Source: Moniliella sp. 'wahieum' (taxonomy: Eukaryota). From it: a stretch of DNA of 64,000 nucleotides. Within the stretch, counting starts at the first letter, position 1. Every line of letters begins with the position of its first letter. The stretch is taken from the NCBI GenBank assembly GCA_003971905.1, contig RSEE01000026.1, forward strand, positions 372,001-436,000. Reading direction: 5' to 3'. The translations under genes were made by a program, and so were the position numbers. The notes under the pieces are model-generated. The model saw only the letters and a program-made list of their open reading frames with translations. It did no database searches and had not been told where the DNA came from. This document shows positions 1 through 12,160 of the stretch, piece by piece.

Positions 1-54
1 TCTCGCCCAGCTCCTCCCCTCTACCTTTTTTCACTCTCTCTTTCCAGTCTCACC

Positions 55-765
55 ATGCCACGTCAGTTCTTCAAGGTGGTCTACAAGGCCGAGCACGACG
101 CGCAAGAGGAGTTCAATGTGGTGGTCAATGGCCCCGAGTACGAGGCATGGAAGAAGGGGACAAGACCATCCCCTAACCGACGTTGTCGACTCGTTGACAT
201 TTTGTTACCCCCCAGGGCAGCCAAGGCATCATGGGTCGTGCCAGCAGCAGCAGCTCGACAATGCCTTTGGCTCCCACAAGGACGATGTGGTGGTTGCTGA
301 GATCCTGGAGAAAGGGTCTCTTCTGTCTGCTAGTATGTCCGCCTCTGCCTTTTTGGGCTTTCTGCTCCCCCCTTTCCCCCCACGCCTGTCCGCATCAGGC
401 GCAACCTGTCCTTTTGTGTCGGATCATCGCCGAGAAACTGACCTGACTTCTTGCATCCAACAGGCGCCAAAGATGGGTACTCCACTACGAACGACAGCAA
501 GCTCGCGGGTAACAGTGTATCCAAGGCGCTACCCACGGAGGTCGGTAAACCGAGTTGCAGGGATTCTAATGAGCAAGCCCGAGCGCTTCGGGTGCCCGAT
601 ACTATCGCGTTTGCACCGCGCTGCGTTCCTCGTGTGCTTCCCAACAAGCGTATTGAAGCTGAGAGGGAAGCGGGGTACGATCAACGCCGAGACAGCTGCA
701 ACGCTCAAGTGAAGGCGTGGATTAACGTGGATCGTGCCATATACTGTGCAAGTATACTCAGTTGA
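55..765 (+). CDS. SDO1/SBDS N-terminal-domain small protein (Rtc3-like)
   Basis: Joined frames read MPRQFFKVVYK..EEFNVVVNGPEYEAWKKG..PLTDVVDS..GIMGRAS..QQLDNAFGSHKDDVVVAEILEKG. Intron GTATGT 333 to CAG 463. Indels present; 3' end uncertain. Confidence 0.75.
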
Positions 766-1155
766 TATACACATCGGATACCTGCTACATTCGCAATCCA
801 AGTTCCAAGTGCGAACACCTGCCACGGTGTATTATATGGATAGATGTTAGACCACCGAGACGCGAAGTAATAGGAGCAGGGCGTGGTACGATGGCCACAA
901 TCCTTGATACCCCAAAGCAAGCAGAAGCCTACGACTGGAGGGCGGGGACATCGTTAGTCTATTACCAGGAGAATTGAGGAAGGGACGTTCAGCGCGTTCT
1001 TCTTGGGGCACTTCACAAAACGTGCCTGTTGCTCATCGTCCATCCCTGATTTCTATGTCCCCGAGATCCTACAAGGAGCCTTCTTTGTATCCTTCATCAT
1101 AATTGGCGATGATGGATTCGGACCTATAGGCCATCAAGGATTTGGCAGAGGCCTC

Positions 1156-2072
1156 TCATAATATGGTAAGATCTTCGCTCTTGCGTGAGCTCTTTTTCTT
1201 GCGACGCAGGTACGAAAGCGACAGGAGACAGATGACAAGAACAGTGGGTCTTAGGGCACGTAGCCACTTCCTGCTGGTATTGCCGTTGGAAGGAGGGGGA
1301 GGAGGGTCCATCTCTGATGAAGAAGAGATGGTCCGATACCGCCGCCCTGGACGGAGGACGGTCAAGGTGGTAGGAGAGATGGACCGAGCGCGACTGCCGC
1401 TACTGGCGGTCCGGGAGCGCATCGCTTCTGGTGAGACGGCGGGAGAGAGCTTGTGGACCGGCGTGAGGCAGGAGATGGGGAAAGGGATTCTCTCCGCTTC
1501 CGTTCTTGCATGATGGCAATTTGCAGTTGGTGCGCGGTAGTGCCATACGTACGTTCCCGTTCCTCTCGCGCCATTCCACGTGCCTCGGCAGCTGCAAGCC
1601 TGCAGCACACTCACCTTGCTCACAACCGTATCTTGTTCAGGCTGAAAGCTAAAGTGGGACGGAGACGCGAATAGCCCACCACCTCTCGCGCATAGTCCCA
1701 CCGCCCCATTCGCCGGCCCAACAATTCCACCACATAGAGCTCCACCAGCTGGTCGTGCCAGGTCCGGTGGTACCGCTTGAAAGGTACGCTTCGCACATAT
1801 GTTGTGCTGCACGGTAGCATGCAGCCTCGCCTGTCTCGGAGGTCGAGGGGCAGAGGCGCCGTCACCCAAGTTGAGCGCAGCCAAGACACAGCCACTACCT
1901 GAACGGGCACATGGGCCAGATCGGATCGTGTTGCAGGGGTAGGGACGATGCTATTGGCACGACGATGATGGGGAAGGAACAGGAGAAGGGTGTCGTGCCA
2001 TAGAGTCGTGAGAAGGATGTACTCATGCTGCTGGAGCAGCTGCACAGCAGCGGCATGGGCCACCTCCACCAT
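1156..2072 (-). CDS. Peroxin Pex26-like tail-anchored protein (putative)
   Basis: ELYVVELLGRRMGRWDYAREVV resembles the fungal Pex26 motif LYxLHVL..WDYAREF. It is followed by a charged segment, an S/P-rich linker and a C-terminal hydrophobic helix (VLVICLLSLSYL) with a basic tail. Frameshifted. Confidence 0.5.
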
Positions 2073-3150
2073 CTCCCTTCGAGGGCGACGGGGTGGAAGG
2101 TGTGTGGCAGCAACGCGTGTTCGGAAAGTGCGTAAAAGTGAGGCGGAGAAATGCGAGACGCTCAGCAAGGATTGGGTCAAGAGGAGTGCTGTTTCCATTC
2201 ATAGCGAGACGAAAGGCAAGCTCGGAAATGACCAGTGCCTCAGCAGGTTGGTTGGTGACAATGTAGGCGCGGGAGGCACGGGAGGAGGCGGCGAACAGTA
2301 GTCGGCGCTGGATGGGTGTCTAGCGGAAAGCGCATTCTGAAAGCAGCTGAGGCAATAGCTGTTGGTCGAGGCAAGAGGTCAGGAGCTGTGCGAAGAGAAA
2401 AAGAGAAGAGACGAAAGTGCCACAGAGAAGGAGGGACGAGAAATGTAGGACGGCATGAAAGCATCAGTACTGTTCGGACCACACACTGTACGTAGTACTA
2501 TATATAGGTTCACTTTGAAGCTTCTTGTGTGCTCTCCTGTTGTCGCCTCGGAAAAAGAGAACCGGTGGAGAGTACTATAAATAGGAGCGCCACACAACGC
2601 AATAGAGAAAAGGCGCGCCTTTTAATTGCTTTTGGATTGCCGCGCTGCGCAGAGGACTATATATAGGAGGTAGCGTAAGAGAGAAAAGAATAGTATAAGC
2701 GAGAGGACAAGTATGGAAACGCTGAAAGAAAACTGCGCCCGCCATAACCACTACAGTCTTACGCACCAGTAATAACAACACGCCAAGTGGCGCTTGCACG
2801 GACCACCCTCTGCACTATATACATAGCTTGCAAAACCCTAACCAGCTAGCAGCTCCACACTTGTCCGACTATGGTGTCCTAGGGCCCGCCCCACGCTTAG
2901 TGTTGGTCAAGCACTACCCTGCAGTGGGGCCCTTTATAATGTGTCGTACTTTGGGGTGGATTAACATTGAGAGGCTATGTGCACTTCTTGTTTTTGTGAC
3001 CATAAGCGAGAACTAAGCACATCCGCTCGCTTCTTGATCCTAACATATTGGCTCTTCAATCTGATGTGCACTTTAATAATACGCGACTTCGCCACCACCA
3101 CTTCCCCTCTCTCTTCTCGTCTCGACGCTCTCCTACACATCAACAGCAAA

Positions 3151-3870
3151 ATGCCTGTCGACAATAAGGATGAGAAGCTGTCAAAGATTGCAGCTGCGGC
3201 GACGCGGACAGGCTCCAAAGGGACACCTCGCCGCAAGAAAGCCAGGAAACCCCACTGTCGATTCCAGTGCCACCAATGCACAGGCTTCTACATGGCCCAG
3301 CATGAGCGACAAGAAGCTCGAAGCTGCTCTCAAAAATTGAAAGGGGGGTGCGTTACTACCAGGTACAGTGACGCCTACATGTTCACCGATGATGGCTTTG
3401 CCCTCCACTTTTCCCAGCCCGAAACATCCTGCCCTGTCAGAGATCCAAACACAACCGTCCTCACGGGCACGTCCACGAAGAAACCGGTGGCACAACTGTT
3501 GCCGAACGTGATCCCGTTTCTCGGCCCGAACGACAAGGAGGCGTTCCGTGTGGTTAACATGTCCTACGAGGAGATGCGTCGTGCTGTGAGTGAGCTACGT
3601 CAGGAGGAACAGAGAAGCACGGAGTCTTTTTCTATTCTCGAAAGCGTAAGTGCTTCTGTTCCAAATAACGCTTCTGTCATTTTCTTCGCTGACATTCTCC
3701 TAACCCCCCCCCTATACATATCGCAGATGACATCACTTTCGGACAACTGCATTTCCTCTGACCAAGAGCAGGGAAGTTATGAAGAGGATTACATGATGGT
3801 ACCTGAGACGGGCATGGCCGAGAACGCGGTGATTACTGATGGAGACAAACCTTGGTGCAGCCCCGCATAA
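3151..3870 (+). CDS. Divergent nascent polypeptide-associated complex beta subunit (BTF3/Egd1 family)
   Basis: EKLSKI..RTGSKGTPRRK; DKKLEAALK in the alternate frame (~3307-3335); MFTDDGFALHFSQP; LLPNVIPFLGP. Probable in-frame intron GTGAGT 3586 to CAG 3726. Confidence 0.8.
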   Translation: MPVDNKDEKLSKIAAAATRTGSKGTPRRKKARKPHCRFQCHQCTGFYMAQHERQEARSCSQKLKGGCVTTRYSDAYMFTDDGFALHFSQPETSCPVRDPNTTVLTGTSTKKPVAQLLPNVIPFLGPNDKEAFRVVNMSYEEMRRAVSELRQEEQRSTESFSILESVSASVPNNASVIFFADILLTPPLYISQMTSLSDNCISSDQEQGSYEEDYMMVPETGMAENAVITDGDKPWCSPA

Positions 3871-4482
3871 TACTTAGTACTTCTAACTATATAGTAGTGT
3901 CTCTCACACCACAACCGACGAGCCACTATATGACGACGTTTTCCCTTCTTTTTACGATGACTCTGTCTTATACTCTTGAACACTGGCTTCGACCGGCGAG
4001 GCTGTAGTCTCAAGTATGGTTTCCCTGAGGCATCACAACAACAACGGACACAGGACTACGTTCTTGTTGGCCTATCCCTTATGACATTTCCTGTTTACTA
4101 ATAGCATTCGACGTAACAGGGAGTTCTCAATCCAATTTAGATATAGTTATTCCTAGCTCCCAGTGGGGATCTTCTGCGTCTTGCTGGTAATCGGTAACCC
4201 TTAACTGTGTGTGGAAAATCGTGTTGCACCCGTGGGACGCGCATTTTCAATCCGTGATGGACACAGCGTAGTGCGTGCGGGCGGGCAGAGATGGGGGGGA
4301 TATAGTCTGGACTTGAGGGCAAAAAGAACCGTTTCCAAAGCTGGTGAAGTGGGTTTCATTCCATCTATATGTGAGGTGCTTCTCATTGATGGGATGGCAT
4401 ATAGCAATGCCCCTCTTCTCGCTATTCTCCATGGAACGGAAACCCACTTCGTTGTGGTCTCCTGCGGTTTGTTTCAAAAAAA

Positions 4483-4567
4483 CTCTCCGACCGGGAATCG
4501 AACCCGGGTCTCGTCCGAACGCCCAATCAATGACAGGGACGTGTCATAGCCACTAAACTATCGGAGA
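4483..4567 (-). tRNA. tRNA-Asp(GTC) with ~13-nt intron
   Basis: Minus strand TCTCCGATAGTTTAGTGG..CGTCC-CTGTCA-[intron]-CGGACG..CCGGGTTCGATTCCCGG-TCGGAGA-G. The acceptor, anticodon and T stems pair, and an oligo-T terminator follows. Confidence 0.93.
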
Positions 4568-4706
4568 AGCTGAGGAAGCATATCGCTAGTACAAAGGTGA
4601 GGACTTCGGTCAAGTTGAAAGCGGAAACGAAGGCCTCCTATGACGACGTTTGAGCCGCTGAGCGAAGAACCTCGACTCTTGCCACCTACCGGTAATCATT
4701 TCGTTC

Positions 4707-6527
4707 ATGGCCATGTCGGCGTCGCGGGCATTGAGTATGGCGATGCGCCCTGCACGGCCCTCCGTTCATATGGGATTCGTATTATCTGGCGGCTATACGC
4801 GCACCGGTTGTGCCCATCGTCTCTCTGCACGCACGCTGGCCACAACCCCGTCCCTGCGCTTGTCCGCGTCACGCCCTGCGCCCGGGACCGATGCCAGGGC
4901 AGAGGAGGCACAGCGCCCTTCCGAAGACTAAGTCCCGGACCAATCCCGATCAAGAGCAACGGGAAGAAACCTGGCTCGGCTCAAACTTCTCGCTCGTCGT
5001 TTGGCGGCCATCAGCATGTGCGTACTGTGCTTCTTGCTCCTGATGCACCTGGCCCGCTAATTCGCTCTTTCCTGTTGACACTATTCAGTATCATTGCTGT
5101 CCCCTCGCTCCTGCAGTACTTTGGTCTGGTGGACTTCTACCGCCTAATCTTTTCATGCTGGCCGCAGACGGTGCGCTTGCCTCTGCGTGCTGCTCTGCGT
5201 GCGGAGCGTCGGGGTGATCGTGAGGCTGCCGACGAGTATTATGCGCAGGCCCAAGTCGCCGCTCTGGCCGCTTCCAAAATCACGTCTGGCAAACATCGCT
5301 TAGCAGATGATACGAGTGACCTACTGCACAAGCTGACCGGGATCGCTATTGCCCGTGCTGCCAACTTGGAAGCAATGGGCAGAATTGGTGATGCGTTTCA
5401 AGTGTACTCCCAGGCCTTTGACCAGGCCGATCGCATCCACAATGACGATGAGACACGTCCCGATGGGCCAGTTCTCGAGGGCAAGGATCGGATGCGCCGT
5501 GGTCATGGCGCAAAAGCTGGGCGATTTAGCCTCATCGGGCCAGATTGCCCTCGTCGCTTCGAAAGAGGGCCAAGCACCGCCTCGTCAGCTCGATGCTGTG
5601 GCAGAAACGTATTATGCGTTCAGCATTGAGGAAATGCTCCGTCTTGTCCTTCCGCCCGAGGTGCGTGCCGCGCGGGCCCAGGGCCAAGTCTCTCACGGAG
5701 CGCAGGAGTCCAATGGACTCCCGGAGGCTGCGTCGCCCTTGGACGACCTTGAGCTGCCCGACTGGGTGTCTACCACCGACTTGGGCGCGTCGCTTGAGGC
5801 GCTGGGTGGGTATTACCTGGCAAGGAGGAAACCAGTCAAAGCTGTACCTTTGTATCAACATGCCCTGTCGCTTTTCATGCCAGCCTTGTCAAGTTCGCGG
5901 AGGCCTGAGAATGGTCTGACTGTGGCCGAGCGGTGTCACGCTGGTATCCTCTTCTTCAATTTGGCCTCGGCTTTAACCGAGGCTGCTGCCCTGCCCGTTC
6001 GACCAGGCCAGGACGAAGCGTCGGCGGAAGACCAGGTGGCTCAGGAACAACTGCGCCATGCGGCTTCGCAAGGGATTGATGCGGCGACCCAAGGATTGCG
6101 TTTGATTCGAACGACCCAGGCTCTTGCTGGCTTCCCCTCCACACCAGTCGACGGAGACAATCCGCCGATTGTCGCTGGAGGGCAAGCCAAGACGGTTGAA
6201 GTAATTCATTCTTCTTCGGCACGTACCCTTCAAGTACAGGATGAGTGCAAACTGGCCGAAGCTTGTTTGCTCTATGCTCTGGGAAAAGCGACGGCCCAGA
6301 CGGATCCTGTGCAGTCCCAAAGCAGGTTCCGTGCCGCCCGTCGGGCTGCTTCCCTCCTGGTTGCCCCTCCCCCCCCCCGTCAAAGGGAGAGAGCGCCTCT
6401 GATCCGGTTCCGCCGAGGGAAGTGGATCCTGATACACGGTTGTCTGCCTCTGAGTTGCTACGAGCTCTACACGATGAGCTGGGTCCTTCCTCTCGTTCAT
6501 GAAAAGCGAAGGAGACAAACACTATAG
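4707..6527 (+). CDS. Mitochondrial TPR-like protein, Mgr3-like (i-AAA protease adaptor family)
   Basis: R/S/A-rich presequence-like start, then a TM segment, WPQTVRLPLRAALRAE..ADEYYAQA and DLGASLEALGGYY..KAVPLYQHAL. Several frameshifts; 3' end approximate. Confidence 0.6.
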
Positions 6528-6571
6528 GTACACCACTTGATCGTTACACGAGTGCATCATTCCGTCACTGC

Positions 6572-8933
6572 TTACTGCACCATCCACATGCCTCCACATA
6601 GCGTGCAGACTGTAGCAGCCCGCAGCGCCTCAGTATCGGCCGTTGACATGCCGGGTTCCAAGGGCAAGCGAGCATGCACAAGACAGGTCCCACACCGCCG
6701 GCATGCGCCCCAGTCAGCAACTCAAACGTCACGCTGCACCGGCGCCCCCGATGCCCCTTCTCACACACTCCCATCGTCAACGCTGCCAACGCCAACGAGG
6801 CGGAATCGTCCTTCCCCTGTGCCTGTTCGTACCGTCGCTGGAGCAAATCGGACAGTATGCTCACAAGCTGGCAGGGCGTCGAGGGTGCATCCATATCGGA
6901 CGATTGGGTACCGGTGGCAATGGTTTGCGCAACTCGCAGCTTCTCCCAACCCTGCATCGGGGGCGGGGGTACTCGCAAGCCGGCGAGCTACCTGGCTTGC
7001 GAAAGCCAAAACGTAAAGCGTAGCCGGAGCACGCTGAGGATCAGGTTGACGAGCCTGGGGGGGAAAAGAGGAGGTCAGCGAGGATGAACGATGAGTAATC
7101 AAAGAAGAGGGGGCAGGGGGTGGTGGGTTGTTCTTACGTTGATCCAGGAGCTAAGCCACAAGGACGAATGGACATTCACGGCACTTTCCGAGGAAAGCTT
7201 GTCGAGGATCCTCCCGCTAGCTCCAGAACGGACAGATGGAGAAGTCACCGTGAATGCATCGACAAAGAAGGAGGTATACAAGTGGGTCAAGGAAGTAAAG
7301 GGCGCAGAATCGGGCTGGAAGTGAACGCAGGCCATGGCTTGGTCGAATAACTGCGCTCGTCAAGTTGAGGGGCAAGAATGGCAAATCCCACTTGAACCCG
7401 CGCATGGATTCCACGGAACTGGATTGGTGCCATCATGTCGTCCGATCGGGCAACGAGAGCAAATGCCGATTGGTTCGCCTTTCGATTTGGAGTGGCATTA
7501 CCAGGCACCAAAGCGGGCATAGCGGAGGTCGAAGAAACCGAAGACACGCCGTAACATCTTGAAGCTTGGCCAACGCCAGTCGCTGCGGATCGGTCGCATT
7601 GCCCCTTCGGGGTTCGACAATGAGTACACCCTGGGACGCTAGGTCGTGTTCTCCGGCCGCCTTCTCAAGGGCTGGAACGAAGTACAACCGCACCGTTGGC
7701 CAAAACCAGCGACCAGCCTCCCTCAGGGTACGCTTGGAGCACGGCTGGGGGTGACCAGGGTGCCAAGGGCCGTGCTTTGACTTGAGCCACTAACGCATCC
7801 TCTTCCGCTTGGTCTCCGATTTCCGTCTCTGTTGCAGAGGGTTGCGGCAGGCTCAACACGTGCCACACCAAGGCGCTAACGTTGGGCGCATGATCTGGAA
7901 CGTGTCCAATGCGAGCGATCCCGACTTTTCCCGTGCACATGATAGCCAAAGTGCCATCTCGACCAAACGAAAGTGCAAGGACCAGCTCACTGTCAAAGTA
8001 GTGATAGGAGACAGCGTGCCATCGACGGAAAGTGACAGAGAGAGAGATTGTTTTCTGTGCACATGGCCACCGTCGCCACCTCTCCCCCAGCCGAATGAAC
8101 GGCGATGTGCAAAATTGGCTCGAAAGCAACGCGATGGTGTGATTGTGGAACAAGCTTGGTTGCCGTATAGTCCCACAACCAGGTGGAGATCCGGCCCGAG
8201 CGAGCACCCGTCAAGAGAGGTCGACGCCAATCCAGATTTTTGTCCCCGCCGCCGGCAGAAGAGAGGGGGGTAGCGAGCCAGTCGAAACACGTCACTTGCG
8301 AGTCTAGTTCGGCCAGAATTTCATCCCCATCCGAGGGTACCTCTACCAATTGGTGGCACGTCCATCCGGATGTCTGTGCATCTTTCTCGGGCGCAAAGAC
8401 AGAGAGGGCGAACTCGTTGCTCAAGGCCACAACCAAGGCTGCACCGGAGGGCAAGTATGTCAAATCGGGGGCCCAGCGAGCGTCGCGCCATGTCCGGGTC
8501 CAGAAGGTGTGACTGGGCACCAGCATCTCTGACAACCGCCAATATTCCGGTCAGTGGGGACAAAAAAGGCAAGGAGGAAAGAAGGGCGTACGGTCCAAGT
8601 AAAATGGCCGGTCTTTCCAGTCGTCCAAGTTGGGTGCCTCGCGTGGGATCTGGTGTGGAAGACAGGCTCAGCGGCCGGGTTGAAGAGAGGATGGAAGGGC
8701 GCAGTAGGCGTGAAGATGTGGATGGAATTCTGCGCAACAAGGAGATGCGACCGTCGCACGGGGACGCGTGTGCGGCACCATAGGGAATGAGGGCGCGTTC
8801 AGGGTAAGGAGCGGGGGCCCAAGGCAGGACTCACGTCGAGCGGCGTCCAGGCGGGGGCAGTGGGGGGGGGCGAATGGAGGGTGTTGGACGGCGCATTGCT
8901 GTCACCATCAGCTGCGACAGAAGCAACGGGCAT
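6572..8933 (-). CDS. TFIIIC delta/tau60-type subunit (beta-propeller plus C-terminal zinc finger)
   Basis: N-terminal DGRISL/..NSIHIFTP and WRDARWAP..ALSNEFALSVFAP..SGW. C-terminal Cys cluster CEKGH..RCSVTFELL..C..C..CTLCGG matches zf-TFIIIC. Many frameshifts. Confidence 0.65.
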
Positions 8934-9366
8934 GGCCGCAAGCAGAACAAGGGCCGAGCGGAAGACGAGGGGATGATCGATGAAGCGCAACCGCAGGAGC
9001 AGGCCTTAGAGAGCAGTTGAAGTCGCCAAGTCAACCGTCAACCAACTGAACGTTCAAGTTGATGTTGGAATTGAAGGTTGCAATTCAACTTGAACGTTCA
9101 ACCTTAGCTTCACCGAAGCGGTGCGCTAGGATGCTAGCCATACCAGATGGAAGTAGGAGGCTGTAGGCCGCGCTTAAACGTCAAATGCCTTCGTCCTATT
9201 CATCGACCGACCATCTTCAACCGCCCCCTTTCCAACACAATGCATTCTCCCAGCATTGGCACGAATGATTAATGATGCCCGGTCCTGCTACGATGGAGAC
9301 AGGGAACTATACGTATGAGAAACCGAGATACGGCCTGTTCTGCTGGCATATGAAAGCACATCACAT

Positions 9367-11002
9367 TTACATTTTGTGCGTCTTGGGCATGAACCGCAGC
9401 GCCTGGCGTACACCCAGGTCGCGAAGAATCTCCTCAGTACCACCAAGAATCGCGTCAAACTTGGTACCCATTTGCGCCGCCGACACAAGCGCACCCAACC
9501 CGGTTTTGGTCAAACCACGGCCTCCAAACAGGTTAATCGCCTCGTTTGCCGTTTTGGTCGAGATCTCGGTTGCCCATGACTTGAGTAGGGCCATGTGGCC
9601 GGCAAGATACTTGGACTGTTCCTTGTAGCTCATTTGGTTCATCTGGAACGTTACCGCCTCCAGCCAGGCTTGCGCAGCTTCGCACTCCGACATCATCGCA
9701 CCCAGTTTTTGCCGCACCACCGCCTGCGATGTGAGGGCCTTACCGAAAGCCTTGCGCTGAGAGGTCCAGGTGATGCTCTCCTCAAGCATCAGCCGGGCTC
9801 CCCGAATGGTACCAGCAGCACATAACCCCACGCTCGTGGTTGAAATTGGAGAGAATGACCATAATACCCATTCCCTCCTCACCAACCATACTTGCGCGGA
9901 ACATGCACATTATCAAACGTGACAACGCCGTGCCGGCGGTGGTCGAGTACTGGGTCTTGATCTGCTTGGTTTCAACCCCCTCGATGCGAGGGACGCAAAT
10001 CACACCAAAGCCACCCTCTTCACCCTCCTCGTCAATGAGCTTGACAAGAGTGGTAAAGTAATCGGCGAAATGGCCGTTGGTAATCCACTAATATACCGCA
10101 CCCACAAACGCATTGTCAGTATGCAGTCCCACTTCCCCACATAATAGAGTGAAGACATACCTTTTTGGTACCATTGACAATGAATGAACCGTCCTTTTGC
10201 TTCCTAGCCGTAGTGCGGATGCCCATCACGTCCGATCCAGCAAACGCCTCTGTCACAGCGAGGGCAATGAACTTGTCACCAGACAAGACGGGTTCGATGA
10301 TCTCCTTCTGCAAGTCGGAAGCGCCAAAGTTGACAATGGGGGGCAACCCAATGACCATACCGCCCTGCAGGCCATCCTCCAACCACGAACACCTGAGCGC
10401 GCCAGCTCCTGGGTGATGATCAGCTCGTGGAAGTAGTCAAACTCCTCTGGCTTGATGTCGGCAAAGAGTTTGCGGCCTTTGAGCACCTTACCTGGGCCCA
10501 TACGCATCGCATTGATTCCGCGGGCACCCATGTCCTTTACGAGCTCAAGAGGCGGACGCTTGCCGTTGGCTTCACACTCGCGAGCGACTGGAATCACATT
10601 TGCCTCGACATAGGCCCGGAGTTCACGCTGGAGGCGGTAGTGAGATTCTTTGAAGTAGGGCGTCTTGAAGACGGGGTGCAACCACGTGGGCTCGGCAAAG
10701 GGCACGGGCGAAGGCGCGCCAAGCGCCTTGGCCTTCACCGTCTCCTCACCACATCTTGCCAACAATGAGACGTTTGGCCATGGGTTGTCGAGAATGTCGC
10801 GGCGGTGCAGACCAAAGAAGGTTTCCGTCGCATCGTCACCCGCAATGTCCTGGGAGTAGAACACGCTCTCACCGCCGGGATGAAGCTCGGCGAATTTGCT
10901 GATATTGTAGACAGTTGCATCAATGATGATCCAGGTGTCGCCGGGCTTGTTGTGGGCAGCGACCTGCTCGCGGGTGTACTCCTTGAACTCGGTGGGGGGC
11001 AT
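9367..11002 (-). CDS. Acyl-CoA dehydrogenase with N-terminal cytochrome b5 domain
   Basis: b5 domain (HNKPGDTWIIID, LHPGG). ACAD motifs ALAVTEAFAGSDV, NGTKK|WITNG (intron 10088-10160), QRKAFGK and AILGGTEEI. Ends in -HKM. Confidence 0.93.
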
Positions 11003-12160
11003 GACGAGTGGGGTGTTGGGGATGAAAGAGGGTGGTAGACGGACGGAAGAAAAGGAGAGAGGCGCGGCGGAGCTTTGTAATGCTCAGCAGTCCGGCAGCA
11101 CAAAAGCCGACCGGGCCGGGCAGTAAAGCCGTTGTTTCCGCAGCACTTGTGGGGTGCTAGGCGCTAGTGGGCCATCGGGGCGTGGCGCTTGCGCTTGCAG
11201 CCTGGGCTGGACATGTGACACCTGGCTTGCTCGATATGCGAGCGATGCGTGGTAAAAAATCCACGTTAAACGCCGCACAGCGAAGACGGGGGCGTGGGGG
11301 GAGACACTAGCGCCGTGCCAGCCGTGCTCGTCCCTATCGGCGATGGGTGTCGCGCTGCTGCCCTCGCATTCACTTTCACGCGCGTCTTGTCGTCACGCGT
11401 CATACATCATGCATCATGCACCATTCGCTGCGTTGCAATTTGAAATGCGTAGCACTTGCGATGGCCGGCGCAGGGCGGAGTGCGACGACGGACGGGGCGC
11501 CAAGCGTCAAGCTCCAACCAACAAGGCCACCGAAAAAAGTGCTTAGCGCTTCCTAGTATCAGCGCCACTTGGCCGTGACAATGTGACAAGTGCTTATCCA
11601 ATCGCCCGTCTGGTCTGCTGGGGCAATGCCGACGAGCATCAGCGCCTGCTCCATTATGCCCACACACTGCTTTTTGATCGCCGCACCGTAGCTGCCCATA
11701 CACGGATTCAGAAGGATTCGAACCTGCACATGTAGCTGAGGTCTGAGTTACCTCTATATCCAGTGCCCTCTCTTGCCATGCTGCTCCGAAGATATAGTAA
11801 TTATATCTGGTACTCGTATGTAATCTCTTCGGTGGTATCTCATCGAGTCTTGGCTCAGATGGTCATTGCAGCCAAGCCCAGCGTCGACGAGCAGATTATG
11901 ACACCTCATCACTTTCTTTAACCACCCATGTCGGATTCCTAGTTGTGCCAATATCAATTTTCCCACACTGGAGGGTGTGTTCGCCATTACCTCTATAAAG
12001 TACCCTGCATTCACCCCGTGGCTATCTCTACGTACTCTACTAGGGCGTCAGTGTAGGAGACAGGATTCCTGAGTCTTACTTGTGAGGACAAAGATTGACC
12101 TATTGGGCCCTTGCACTTGAAGGAGCAACAGATTTACGGAACAGCAGAACCAAAGTGGCT

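Noticed and set aside
3250..3340. Apparent Cys/His zinc-finger insert (HCRFQCHQC) in beta-NAC
   Set aside because: The alternate frame gives the conserved DKKLEAALK, so the Cys run comes from compensating frameshifts.
4483..8933. TFIIIC subunit gene near a tRNA gene as a functional module
   Set aside because: tRNA genes are dispersed and an unrelated gene lies between them; proximity is likely chance.
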